Assembly (NCBI GenBank): GCA_041914645.1
Contig: JAYSCY010000006.1
Location: 241,647 to 305,646, forward strand
From: Permianibacter sp.
Lineage (GTDB): Bacteria > Pseudomonadota > Gammaproteobacteria > Enterobacterales > Permianibacteraceae
Reading direction: 5' to 3'
Length of the DNA: 64,000 bases
This document shows positions 35,586-45,356 of the stretch, in pieces. Within the stretch, counting starts at the first letter, position 1, and the number at the start of each line of letters is the position of its first letter. A program made the translations under genes and the position numbers. The notes beneath the pieces were generated by a model. It was given only the letters and a program-made list of their open reading frames with translations. It had not been told where the DNA came from and did not search any database.

Positions 35586-36118
35586 GTAAACACCAGTTCG
35601 AAGGTGGTGACGGCGTAATCGCCCTGATCCGGCCGGTCGATTCGGGTCAGCCGAACCGGCTCGCTGAAATGCCGGATGCAGGCGCGGATCAAGCCCTCGG
35701 CTAGGTCGGCCAGATGGCGCACAGAGCGGTATTCCAGTGTCATCCGGTCGGGGTCACGATGGCGAATGATGAACTGGGGCAATTCGGCGGTTCGATACAG
35801 TTTGCTGACTTCGTGGTGGATGGTGCTGTCGACCGTGGCGAGCAGCGACATGCAATCCTGATGGCCTTCGAAGAAATCCGGTCGCAGCAGCAGAAAGCGG
35901 CCGAACAGGTACTCGCCAAAGTGGCGCAGCAGGTCCGCTACGGGTTGGCCGGTAAGCTGGGACAGCGTTACCACCAGCTGCACCATTTCCTGATGGGGGT
36001 AACTGCCCACGGCGGTGTAAGCACCGCCACTGGCCGGGCGTGCCTGTTTTAGCAGCTGGTCGACCAGCGCGGGAGAGTGCTGTTGCTCGACCATGTCGAG
36101 AAATTCGGTAAACACCAT
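35582..36118 (-). CDS. hnoX: H-NOX (haem NO/O2-binding) sensor protein
   Basis: MVFTEFLDMVEQQHSPALVDQLL...TIHHEVSKLY...LEYRSVRHLADLAEGLI contains the Y-x-S-x-R haem-propionate motif and a candidate proximal His. The track ORF is trimmed to the ATG at 36118. Confidence 0.8.
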   Translation of the reverse strand: MVFTEFLDMVEQQHSPALVDQLLKQARPASGGAYTAVGSYPHQEMVQLVVTLSQLTGQPVADLLRHFGEYLFGRFLLLRPDFFEGHQDCMSLLATVDSTIHHEVSKLYRTAELPQFIIRHRDPDRMTLEYRSVRHLADLAEGLIRACIRHFSEPVRLTRIDRPDQGDYAVTTFELVFT

Positions 36119-36457
36119 GCCGAGCACGGACAGGTCCCTGCGCCGGTTCAACCCAGCGTCGCCAGAAAAATCTCCCAAAGTTATAGCTGGCGACCGGTCA
36201 GCAAGCCAGCCGCCCACGCTCTGCTGCAGCGCAACGTGCACCAAAGTGCGAGATGTCCTAGGCTCAGTTCAGGTCACTTGAGCAGACGTTCACGCTGACC
36301 GCGACCGTCGTGCCTCGGCAGGGTGACATTCCGTTGCCTGTTCTCGTCGAAGCTGATCGCCTCCGGGGTCGTCCGACCCTGGCAAACCCGAGTTCCGGAC
36401 CTGACACAATACGCCAGTGTGTGGCCCGGATTTTTTGTTTGTGCGAGGAGGTCAATC

Positions 36458-37903
36458 ATGAAATCTGACGTGCAGCCATTGCCACTTCTGCAACCGGGGA
36501 GCACGCGCCGGCGCGCGGCCTTTCGGACCGCGCTGTGTTCGTTCATCGTGTCATGTTTTGTGGCGCTGCCCGCGGCTGCGGAGCTTGGTGACTACAGTGC
36601 CTGGCAAACCTTTCTGAACCTGTTTTCACCACCGAAGGCCGACAACAAAGTCACCGCTGCCCAGCGCACCGGGCCGTATCCGCTGCTGGCCAATCCGGCT
36701 GGCTTCACGGCGTTTTCGCCCGGCAACTACAACAGCTGGCAGACCGTGAAACTGGCACCGGAAACCGGCGCCGTTTGCGGCAATGGATCGACCTACAAAT
36801 TCTTTGTCAACCGGGTGCCGAACACCAGCAACACCATCATCTATCTCGAAGGCGGTGGTGCCTGCTGGGATTACGCATCCTGCACCGGTGCCAGCGGCAT
36901 TCGCGGCGCCCGCAACCCCAATGGCATTCCCGATGACTACATGAGTTTGTTGAATCCGGGCGCCAGCCTGGTGTCGCCATTCGTGTTCCGCAATCACCCG
37001 TGGACGGCGGTCAAAACCCAGAACTGGAACATGATTTATGTGCCGTATTGCACCGGCGACATCTATTCCGGTGATCGGGTCGCGGTGTACAACGATCCGG
37101 CCGGGCAAAACAGCCCGCTGGTCTGGCACCACAACGGCCTGCGCAACACCCGCGCCGTGCTCAGCTGGTTGAAAGACAATCTGCAGCGGCCGGCACAACT
37201 GCTGACCACCGGCTGCAGCGCCGGTGGTGCCGGCTCACTGACCAACTATGCCCATATCCGGCGCGACATGGCGCCAACCAAAGGCTTTCTGATTGACGAC
37301 TCCGGCCCGGTTTACAGCGCGCCAGTCGGTGGCGACTCGGCGCAGTATCCGAGCATCCCGCTGCAGACGCATATTCGCAATGTCTGGGGGCTTGATAGCG
37401 GGCCGCTGCCGTACATGCACAGCGAGCTTGGCGGATACGGGCTGAGCCTGGCCAACCTCGGCACGATCTATCCGGCGCTGTCAGCACGCTGGAGCAGCGA
37501 CCGGCTGGGTCATACCCACTTCTGGCAGGATCTGAACTACTCCTCGTATTCCTATGAGCGTTGGTACGAGGATATTTACAACGATCCGGATCAGGCCAGT
37601 CGCGAGGCCAAGATCCACGCCCGCTGGGCAACCGATACCAACCGGTTGAAGACTACGCTAAATGGCCTGAACAATTTTGGCGGCTATTTCCCGCAATACC
37701 GCGCTGTCAATGAAAGCCATTGCACCACCATCATCGAGTTCGCCAATGCCGATATTCAGGAGCAGAACCTGCAGCTCGATCAGTTCATCAACAATGTGCT
37801 GAACGGCAGCGGTACGGTGATGGATGCGTCGGAAACGAGCCCGGCAGCGGATTACGCCAAACCGTTCAATTTGCTGTACTGGACATTGGATCAGTTGTTG
37901 TAA
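36458..37903 (+). CDS. Secreted pectin-acetylesterase/Notum-like family hydrolase
   Basis: Signal peptide. Motifs IIYLEGGGACWDYASC, YVPYCTGDIYSGD and TTGCSAGGAGS (GxSxG). GAGG SD lies before the ATG at 36458. Confidence 0.7.
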   Translation: MKSDVQPLPLLQPGSTRRRAAFRTALCSFIVSCFVALPAAAELGDYSAWQTFLNLFSPPKADNKVTAAQRTGPYPLLANPAGFTAFSPGNYNSWQTVKLAPETGAVCGNGSTYKFFVNRVPNTSNTIIYLEGGGACWDYASCTGASGIRGARNPNGIPDDYMSLLNPGASLVSPFVFRNHPWTAVKTQNWNMIYVPYCTGDIYSGDRVAVYNDPAGQNSPLVWHHNGLRNTRAVLSWLKDNLQRPAQLLTTGCSAGGAGSLTNYAHIRRDMAPTKGFLIDDSGPVYSAPVGGDSAQYPSIPLQTHIRNVWGLDSGPLPYMHSELGGYGLSLANLGTIYPALSARWSSDRLGHTHFWQDLNYSSYSYERWYEDIYNDPDQASREAKIHARWATDTNRLKTTLNGLNNFGGYFPQYRAVNESHCTTIIEFANADIQEQNLQLDQFINNVLNGSGTVMDASETSPAADYAKPFNLLYWTLDQLL

Positions 37904-37921
37904 GTGCGTATCTTGAGGTAA

Positions 37922-37950
37922 CTAGAAGGGGCGCTTGGCGCCCCTTCTAG
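37922..37950 (+). terminator. Stem-loop terminator
   Basis: A perfect hairpin, CTAGAAGGGGCGC-TTG-GCGCCCCTTCTAG, followed by a weak T tract. Confidence 0.6.
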
Positions 37951-38256
37951 TTCTGCTGGTTCATATAAGTCCTGTGCCGATCAGTGCTAGTTGGTGTGGC
38001 TGGAAATGTTGAGTTGTCTCTGGCGCCCCTAAGCAGTCGGTTGAGGAAAATTAACCTGCCCCCTTTTACTCTGCAGTCAGTAAGTCAGCAATTTTTACAT
38101 GCTTGATTTTGCAACTCCTGCGCCAGGCCTGAATTGCTCGGTTTGATAAGGTCTATTATGGCTTAGCTGCCATAGGCTCGAATATTGCTTGCTCAGCGCA
38201 ACCCGATAAAAGGTTGTCGGGGTAATGCCAAATTTCATACCTATGGAGAGGTAACT

Positions 38257-39087
38257 GTGAAGAAATTTTTTGGACTGATGTTGATCGCCTTCCTATTTGC
38301 TGGCGATGCTTCTGCCGATCAGATTACGCTCGATCTAAGACTTGGCGGTAACGTTGTCAATCGGCACTTTGATGGTAGCAATCTCAGCTCGACTGTTGTG
38401 GGTCACGTTAGTGGCAGTGAAAGTCTGTTGCTATCGTTGCCGACGGGACCGCTGACTGAGGAGCATCTCAGTCATGAGTATGCCAACTGGGAACATGCCT
38501 TCTGGAGTTTCGGGTTTAGTGCGTTTGTGGACAATTCTCCTGATTCGGTAACTCAGCCATTTGCATCACTGTTGGCAGGATATTCGCCATCCGAATTTTC
38601 CACCCCGCAAGGTAGGGCCGTGCTGGCCGCTGTGAATTGGTACAAGGATTATGACTCGTTGGGTGAGTATGAGGGTGGGGTTGATGGCGGTGGTAATTAC
38701 ATTTCTTTCAATTTTACTCGTTGGGAAGTTATCGATCACAGCATGGATGATTTTGGTACATCAACGATGACAATGTATCAAACATTCGATTTCCTGATTC
38801 CTCTGGCAGACGGGCCGACATCGGGCGCCGATGTCGAGTTGCGTACTGCTGATGACGTCCGTGCGCTCTTCAGCGGACTTGATGACGAAATTGGCTACTT
38901 CTACTCTTTCGTTGGTGTTGACCATGAACGTTGTGAGCGAGGCAGTTGCTGGGGAGCGGGTTATGACTATTGGCATATTGATGGACAAATCTCCGCGTCT
39001 GCTTTGCCGCCGACGGGCGTGCCTGTGCCAGCAACTGTTGTGCTACTCGCATTGGGACTGCCGCTGCTACGGCGTCATCGTGGCTAA
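38257..39087 (+). CDS. PEP-CTERM-type sorting-signal protein (exosortase substrate candidate)
   Basis: GTG start after GGAGAG. Signal peptide KKFFGLMLIAFLFAGDASA. The C-terminal VPVPATVVLLALGLPLLRRHRG is a PEP-CTERM-like motif plus TM segment plus basic tail. The region is AT-rich. Confidence 0.7.
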   Translation: MKKFFGLMLIAFLFAGDASADQITLDLRLGGNVVNRHFDGSNLSSTVVGHVSGSESLLLSLPTGPLTEEHLSHEYANWEHAFWSFGFSAFVDNSPDSVTQPFASLLAGYSPSEFSTPQGRAVLAAVNWYKDYDSLGEYEGGVDGGGNYISFNFTRWEVIDHSMDDFGTSTMTMYQTFDFLIPLADGPTSGADVELRTADDVRALFSGLDDEIGYFYSFVGVDHERCERGSCWGAGYDYWHIDGQISASALPPTGVPVPATVVLLALGLPLLRRHRG

Positions 39088-39273
39088 AAATAAGTCTGAT
39101 TAGCGTCAAACCGAATTATGTCGTAGGGAGGGGCAAGCGCAGCGGACCCGCCAGCCAAGACGGCAACCGTCTTGGCTGCGCCGCCTTGCTTGAGCTGCCC
39201 CACGGCATAGTATCTACAACTTCAACCGTCCGCTTCTGGCCGATAGCTGCCACGACTCTGCATCAGCTTTCGC

Positions 39274-39897
39274 TCAAGGCCCATTGCCACCACCCATCGT
39301 CGCTATTCGGGCCTGCTCCAGTCGCTGGCGCAGGTATTCGTCGCGGCTCAGGCCGTCCGGGATCACGGTCATCGCCATCACTTCGCGAACGATGTCCTGT
39401 TCCTGACGTTTGTATTCGACGAATTGGGGGTCGGGGTTGGTGAGCCAGGCCTGTTCGCGCAAATCTGATTGCGCTTTGTATTGGTCGATTAGCATCTTGG
39501 CTTTGATCTTGTAATCGTCGTCGCCGCTGCTGCTGTAGCGGAGCAATGCCAGCTTCAGCACCAGCGCTTCCATCGGCACCAGTTTGCCTTCGGCTTCGTA
39601 GCGGTTGGTGCCATCGAGCAATTGCCGCATTTCGGCCTGGCGTTTTTGTTCGTCGAGTTGGTCGGCCTCGCTGAAAAAGCGGCGGCTGTGTTGCTGGAAG
39701 GCGGTGTAGGCCTCATGGGCCTGCACGATGGGCGATGTGGTGACTGTAGGGGGTGGTGCGGGCGCGGTGAGCGTGTTGGTGGTATCGGTGTCAGTTGCTG
39801 TGCTTGCGGGCGCCGGGTCGGGGGCGCGGACCATCCAGAGTGTGCTCAGCACCACAACGATAGCGCCAACGGCGTAGAGGACATTCCGTTTGGTCAT
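39274..39897 (-). CDS. Membrane-anchored hypothetical protein (faint lipase-chaperone-like character)
   Basis: The N-terminal anchor is MTKRNVLYAVGAIVVVLSTLWMV. A Pro/Thr-rich linker follows, then a helical charged C-terminal region. The Lif-like resemblance is impressionistic only. Confidence 0.5.
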   Translation of the reverse strand: MTKRNVLYAVGAIVVVLSTLWMVRAPDPAPASTATDTDTTNTLTAPAPPPTVTTSPIVQAHEAYTAFQQHSRRFFSEADQLDEQKRQAEMRQLLDGTNRYEAEGKLVPMEALVLKLALLRYSSSGDDDYKIKAKMLIDQYKAQSDLREQAWLTNPDPQFVEYKRQEQDIVREVMAMTVIPDGLSRDEYLRQRLEQARIATMGGGNGP

Positions 39898-39965
39898 GCC
39901 GGACTCCTTGTCAGGTCTTTGCTGCGGGTGACGCCAGCGCTAAACATGCGAGCACGTTACCGCGA

Positions 39966-40583
39966 TCAGCGCTTGCGCATGCCGTCAAAAAACAAATCCA
40001 TCAGCCGCTCGGCGTCTGCCGCCAGATCGAAATAGTCCGGCGCCAGCAGCCAGTTGTAGATCAGGCCATCGACATAACCGAACAGCGCCATGGTGGCCAT
40101 GCGCGGATTGATATGGGCCGGCATCAGGCCGCGCGCAATGGCTTCGGTAAAGCGCTGTTCCACGTCGGCGGCGCATTCGTTGCGCGACTCCAGGTGTCGC
40201 TGCTTCAGCGGCAGCACTTCATCCACGTATTCGCATTTCTGCAGCAGGATGGTGGCAATGGCGCGGTGATGCGGATCGAGCACGGCCTGACGCAGCACAT
40301 GCACGGCATTGATGCGGATTTGCGCCACCACATCATCCGGCGCGATCTTCATTGCCTGTTCGCGCAGGTCTTCCAGCGGCAGCCGCACCCGCTCCATCAG
40401 CGCGTCGAGCAGGTCCATCTTGTTGCGGAAATGCCAATAGAGCGCGCCACGGGTTACCCCGGCCGCCTCAGCGATCTCGTTCAGCGAGGTGTTGGTGACC
40501 CCTTTGTCGCTGAATACCTGTTCGGCCGCATCCAGCAACTGGGTGCGGGTCTCGAGCGCCTCTTCTTTGGTCCGTCTAGCCAC
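39966..40583 (-). CDS. TetR/AcrR-family repressor of the adjacent RND operon
   Basis: VARRTKEEALETRTQLLDAAEQVFSDKGVTNTSLNEIAEAAGVTRGALYWHFRNK. GTG start after GAGGTGG. It is divergent from the efflux operon. Confidence 0.85.
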   Translation of the reverse strand: MARRTKEEALETRTQLLDAAEQVFSDKGVTNTSLNEIAEAAGVTRGALYWHFRNKMDLLDALMERVRLPLEDLREQAMKIAPDDVVAQIRINAVHVLRQAVLDPHHRAIATILLQKCEYVDEVLPLKQRHLESRNECAADVEQRFTEAIARGLMPAHINPRMATMALFGYVDGLIYNWLLAPDYFDLAADAERLMDLFFDGMRKR

Positions 40584-40622
40584 CTGCCACCTCGCTGTCA
40601 GTAGCCCTGGTGGATACTGACG

Positions 40623-40650
40623 ACAGTTGTTAACTGTACACAAGTACTTG
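40623..40650. promoter_or_regulatory. Candidate TetR operator palindromes
   Basis: ACAGTT-GTT-AACTGT (40623-40637) and the perfect 10-bp palindrome CAAGTACTTG (40641-40650) lie in the divergent intergenic region. Confidence 0.35.
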
Positions 40651-40959
40651 ATTTAAGTGTGGTTCTAACCACCACGTCCTGACATTCTAACTTGTATTTT
40701 ACAAACATGCATGACTGTATGTATGATGCGAAAACTTTCGGATGACCGGTCGTCTTATAGGTGCAGACGGCCGTCAGATGGCCCTGAAGTCCCTGTCTTC
40801 TGAACTTGAAAAAGACGTTTGAGTTCAACGAAGACGCCCGGCTTCAAAACGCCTGCTGGCTTCCAAAAAGATGGTCTCGCCGCAGACAGCTGCCGAGGCA
40901 ACTGGCACCGAAACCCAAGTTTTTCACCCGATTTGTCTTAGCCGGAACGGAGTCACACC

Positions 40960-42186
40960 ATGCAATTGCCCCCTCGTTTGTTGAATCGCCTGCCGTTTGC
41001 TGTGGCAGGTCTCCCGCTGTTGATCGCGCTGGCCGCTTGCTCCGGCAATGCCCAGGAAGGCGGTGGTATGGCTTTCCCGGCCCCGGAGGTGTCGGTGGTT
41101 GCTGTCACCGGTCAGGATCTGCCGGTTGCCCGTGAATATGTCGGCCAGACCAAGGGCTCGCGGGAAGTCGAAATCCGCGCCCGGGTCGGCGGCATCATCG
41201 AGCAGCGTCTCTATGAAGAAGGCTCGGTGGTCAAAGCTGGCCAAGTGCTGTTCCAGCTCGACGCCAAACCGTTTGAAGCACAGCTGGCAGCGGCCGATGC
41301 CGAGCTGGCCCGTGCCAAAGCGCAAGCCGCGCAGGCCGAGCGCGAGTTGCAGCGGCTCAAACCGCTGGCAGCCGAAATGGCGACCAGCCGCAAGGAATTC
41401 GACGATGCCCAATCCGAGCACGATTTGGCGCAGGCAGCGGTGAAGGTGGCCGAGGCCCGACTGCGCGAAGCGCGCATCCAGCTCGGTTACACCAAAGTCA
41501 CCGCACCGATCAGCGGCGTCACGGGTCTTGCCCAGAAATTCGAAGGCGCGCTGGTGGCCGCTGGCAGCGATCAGTTGACCACGCTCACCCAGACCGATCC
41601 GATGGATGTGTATTTCTCGGTGTCGGAAAACGAGTGGCTGGCACGGCAAACCGAACTTGCCAGCGGCAGTGTGCGGGCACCGCGCGAAACCGAGCTGTCG
41701 GTGCAACTGAAACTTGCCGATGGCCGGGTGCTTGAGCGTGTTGGTCAGGTCAATTTCAACGATGCCCGTATTGACACCGAAACCGGCACCGTCGCGATGC
41801 GTGCCCGGCTGCCGAACAGCGACGGGGTATTGAAGTCGGGGCAATTTGTTCGGGTCATCGTCAACGGTGCGGTGCGGCCGAATGCGATCACCGTGCCGCA
41901 GAAAGCGGTGCTGGAAGGCCCAAACGGCAAATTTGTCTATGTGGTTGGTAAAGGTGAGGGCGGTGCCGCAGTGGCTGAGGTGCGGCCGATCGAAGTCGGT
42001 GAATGGACCGGCAGTGGTCAGCAGCGCAACTGGGTCATCCGCAAGGGCCTGCAAGACGGCGATCAGGTGATTCTCGACAACCTGGTCAAGATCCGTCCGG
42101 GTGCGCCGGTGCAAATCGCCGCGCCGGCAGCGGCCACGGCGGCCGTTGATCACGCCGTTGATCACGCCGCTGTTCCGGCCGGCTGA
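40960..42186 (+). CDS. RND efflux periplasmic adaptor (MFP, AcrA/MexA-like) lipoprotein
   Basis: Lipobox LIALAACSG. ...REVEIRARVGGIIEQRLYEEGSVVKAGQVLFQLD... and coiled-coil hairpin features are present. Confidence 0.9.
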   Translation: MQLPPRLLNRLPFAVAGLPLLIALAACSGNAQEGGGMAFPAPEVSVVAVTGQDLPVAREYVGQTKGSREVEIRARVGGIIEQRLYEEGSVVKAGQVLFQLDAKPFEAQLAAADAELARAKAQAAQAERELQRLKPLAAEMATSRKEFDDAQSEHDLAQAAVKVAEARLREARIQLGYTKVTAPISGVTGLAQKFEGALVAAGSDQLTTLTQTDPMDVYFSVSENEWLARQTELASGSVRAPRETELSVQLKLADGRVLERVGQVNFNDARIDTETGTVAMRARLPNSDGVLKSGQFVRVIVNGAVRPNAITVPQKAVLEGPNGKFVYVVGKGEGGAAVAEVRPIEVGEWTGSGQQRNWVIRKGLQDGDQVILDNLVKIRPGAPVQIAAPAAATAAVDHAVDHAAVPAG

Positions 42187-42221
42187 GCCGGACCACTTCA
42201 TACGCGTAAGGAACCCTGATT

Positions 42222-45200
42222 ATGTTTTCGCGTTTCTTTATCGACCGCCCGGTGTTTGCCACCGTGCTGTCGCTCTTTATCGTGCTCGCCGGCCTTGCCG
42301 CGATGCGGACGCTGCCGATTGCGCAGTATCCGGAAATCGCGCCGCCGGTGGTGACGGTCACTGCCGTCTATCCGGGCGCGTCGGCCGACGTGCTTGAGCA
42401 AACGGTGGCGGCGCCGCTGGAAAACCAGATCAACGGTGTCGAAGACATGCTGTATCTGAAGTCGACCTCGGCATCGAACGGCGTGGTGCAGATTGAAGTC
42501 ACCTTTGAAATCGGCGCCGATGTCGACAAGGCGGCACTGAACGTCAACAACCGGGTCAAGCAGGCCGAGGCGCGCTTGCCGCAGGAAGTGCGTCGGCAAG
42601 GCGTGACGGTGGAAAAAGGCTCATCATCGTTCCTGCAGGTGGTGGCGTTCGCGTCGCCGGACGGCAGCCTCGATGACGTCACCATTTCCAACTACGTTAC
42701 GATGAACGTGCTTGACCGCATCAAGCGCATTCCCGGCACCACCAACGTGCAGATTTTCGGTGCCAAGGATTACGCGATGCGGATCTGGGTGAAGCCGGAT
42801 CAGCTGACCAAACTGAAACTGACCACTACGGAAGTGGCGGCGGCGATTCAAGAGCAGAACGCCCAGTTCGCACCGGGCAAGGTCGGTCAGCCGCCGGTCG
42901 GCAATGGCCAGCAACTGGTCTACACCATCACCAGCAAGGGCCGGTTGGCCGATGCCGAAGAATTCAAGCAGATCATCGTGCGCGCCAATCCGGATGGGTC
43001 GCTGGTGCGCTTGAAGGACGTTGCCGATGTCGAGCTGGGTTCGAAAGATTATGAATTCCGTGGCCGGGTCAATGGCGAGACTGCGGTGCTTGTCGGCATC
43101 TTCCTGCAACCGGGCGCCAACGCGCTGGCGGTGGCCGATGAAGTCAACAGCAATATGGATCAACTGGCCGAGCGGTTCCCGGCCGGACTGACCAAGACTG
43201 TGGTGTTTGACACCACCCGTTTTGTTGAGGTGTCGATCAAGGAAGTGCTGAAGACGCTGGCCGAAGCGATGGTGCTGGTGTTCCTGGTGGTGTTCCTGTT
43301 CTTGCAGAACTGGCGGGCAACGCTGATCCCGACCATTGCGGTGCCGGTGTCACTGATCGGTGCTTTTGCCGGTCTGCATATGCTCGGCTACTCGATCAAT
43401 ACGCTGACGCTGTTCGGCATGGTGCTGGCCATTGGTATCGTCGTGGATGACGCTATCGTCGTGCTCGAAAACGTCGAGCGCATCATGCACGAGGAAAAAC
43501 TGTCGGCGTACGAAGCCGCCATCAAGGCCATGCAGGAAGTCACAGGCCCGGTTGTGGCGATCGTACTGGTGCTGACCGCCGTGTTCGTGCCGATTGCCTT
43601 CCTTGGCGGTCTGGCCGGCGAGCTCTATCGCCAGTTCGCAATCACCATTTCGATTGCCGTGATCATCTCTGGCATTGTCGCGCTGACGCTGACGCCGGCA
43701 CTGTGTGTGCTGATCTTGAAGCACGAACACAAAACGCCGAACCGGTTCTTCGATGCCTTCAACCACTGGTTCGAGCGGGTCACCCATCGCTATGGTCAGG
43801 GTGTCGCGTGGATGCTGAAGCGGGCGGTGCTTGGCGTGGTCCTGTTCGGCGGCATGGTGCTGGCAACCGGCTGGCTGTGGAAAGCGACCCCGGGTTCGCT
43901 GGTGCCGAATGAAGATCAGGGCTGGTTCATGACCGCCGTGATGTTGCCGGATGGTGCCACGCTGGATCGTACCGATGCTGTCGTGAAAGACGTGGTCGAT
44001 GCGATCAAATCGAACGACGCCAACGCCTACGCGATTGCCTTCACCGGTTTCGATTTCCTCGGTGGTGGCTACAAGAACAGCGCAGCCACCATTTTCGTGA
44101 CCCAGAAGCATTGGGATGAGCGCCCCGGCGTCAACACCGACATGCTCGTTGGCGAGGTCTACATGAAGACCGGCCACATCAAGGAAGCATTGGTGCTGGC
44201 ATTCAACCCGCCACCGATATTTGGATTGGGCGCTGCCGGTGGTTTTGAGTTGTTCATCCAGAACCGTGGTGAAGGCGGTTCCAAGAAGCTGCAGGAAGTC
44301 ACCCAGCAGTTCCTGGCCAAGGCCAACCAGGATCCGTTGCTGATGAACGTGGCGACACTCTGGCGTGCCGGCACCCCGCAGTTGTATGTCGATGTCGACC
44401 GCGAGAAAGCAAAAGCGCTCGGCGTATCGATTGACGAAGCGTTCAACACGCTGTCGGCGACGCTTGGCTCGTATTACGTCAATGACTTCAACAAATACGG
44501 CCGCACCTGGCAGGTGCTGATGTCGGCCCATCCGGATTACAAAACCCGGCCGGAAGACATCGGGGCAATCTACGTGCGTTCCGAGCGCGGCAAGATGATT
44601 CCGCTGTCGGCGTTTGCGACGGTGAAGTACACCGCCGGTCCGGACTCGCAGGATCGCTTCAACAACTTGCCGGCCGTCAAAATTTTCGGCAGTGGCAAGC
44701 CGGGCGTGTCGTCGGGTCAGGCGATCGAACGGGTTGAGCAGTTGCTGAAGGAAACACTGCCGAGCGATTTCAGCTACGACTGGAGCGGCGCGTCGTTCCA
44801 AGAGAAAAAATCGGATGGTTCGAGCGGTATTGCACTGGGTCTGGCCGCGATCATGGTGTTCCTGATCCTGGCTGCGCAGTACGAGAAGTGGTCGCTGCCG
44901 CTGTCGGTGCTGCTGGCGTTGCCGTTCGGAACGTTCGGTGCGCTGGTGGCCGTCTGGGCCCGTGGCATGACCAATGACGTCTACTTCCAGATTGGTCTGG
45001 TGACCTTGCTCGGTCTGGCCGCCAAGAACGCCATTCTGATTGTCGAGTTCGCGATGATGAAGAAGCACGAGGGCATGGGAACGGTCGAAGCGGCCATGGA
45101 AGCCGCACGGTTGCGGTTCCGGCCGATTCTGATGACTTCGCTGGCGTTCATTCTCGGCGTGCTGCCGCTGGCCTTCTCATCGGGTGCCGGTGCCGGCGCC

Positions 45201-45356
45201 CGGGTCTCGGTCGGTACCGGCGTTATGGGTGGCATGCTGGCCGCGACTTTCCTCGCGATCTTCTTTGTGCCGCTGTTCTTCAAACTGATTAGCGATTTCC
45301 GCATTCGACGCTCGCGAGTCAGTGCGGCCGTGAAACCGGAGCTTCGCCATGACTAA
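42222..45356 (+). CDS. RND multidrug efflux permease (AcrB/MexB-like, HAE1)
   Basis: 1044 aa reading MFSRFFIDRPVFATVLSLFIVLAGLAAMRTLPIAQYPEIAPP... Confidence 0.95.
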   Translation: MFSRFFIDRPVFATVLSLFIVLAGLAAMRTLPIAQYPEIAPPVVTVTAVYPGASADVLEQTVAAPLENQINGVEDMLYLKSTSASNGVVQIEVTFEIGADVDKAALNVNNRVKQAEARLPQEVRRQGVTVEKGSSSFLQVVAFASPDGSLDDVTISNYVTMNVLDRIKRIPGTTNVQIFGAKDYAMRIWVKPDQLTKLKLTTTEVAAAIQEQNAQFAPGKVGQPPVGNGQQLVYTITSKGRLADAEEFKQIIVRANPDGSLVRLKDVADVELGSKDYEFRGRVNGETAVLVGIFLQPGANALAVADEVNSNMDQLAERFPAGLTKTVVFDTTRFVEVSIKEVLKTLAEAMVLVFLVVFLFLQNWRATLIPTIAVPVSLIGAFAGLHMLGYSINTLTLFGMVLAIGIVVDDAIVVLENVERIMHEEKLSAYEAAIKAMQEVTGPVVAIVLVLTAVFVPIAFLGGLAGELYRQFAITISIAVIISGIVALTLTPALCVLILKHEHKTPNRFFDAFNHWFERVTHRYGQGVAWMLKRAVLGVVLFGGMVLATGWLWKATPGSLVPNEDQGWFMTAVMLPDGATLDRTDAVVKDVVDAIKSNDANAYAIAFTGFDFLGGGYKNSAATIFVTQKHWDERPGVNTDMLVGEVYMKTGHIKEALVLAFNPPPIFGLGAAGGFELFIQNRGEGGSKKLQEVTQQFLAKANQDPLLMNVATLWRAGTPQLYVDVDREKAKALGVSIDEAFNTLSATLGSYYVNDFNKYGRTWQVLMSAHPDYKTRPEDIGAIYVRSERGKMIPLSAFATVKYTAGPDSQDRFNNLPAVKIFGSGKPGVSSGQAIERVEQLLKETLPSDFSYDWSGASFQEKKSDGSSGIALGLAAIMVFLILAAQYEKWSLPLSVLLALPFGTFGALVAVWARGMTNDVYFQIGLVTLLGLAAKNAILIVEFAMMKKHEGMGTVEAAMEAARLRFRPILMTSLAFILGVLPLAFSSGAGAGARVSVGTGVMGGMLAATFLAIFFVPLFFKLISDFRIRRSRVSAAVKPELRHD

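Noticed and set aside
39203-39217. The exact 15-mer CGGCATAGTATCTAC, shared by two AT-rich islets (39203-39217 and 58853-58867). It could be an att-like or regulatory site.
   Set aside because: One or a few 15-mer coincidences are expected by chance in 64 kb on two strands, and the flanks show no further similarity. It is worth a genome-wide count but is not supportable here.
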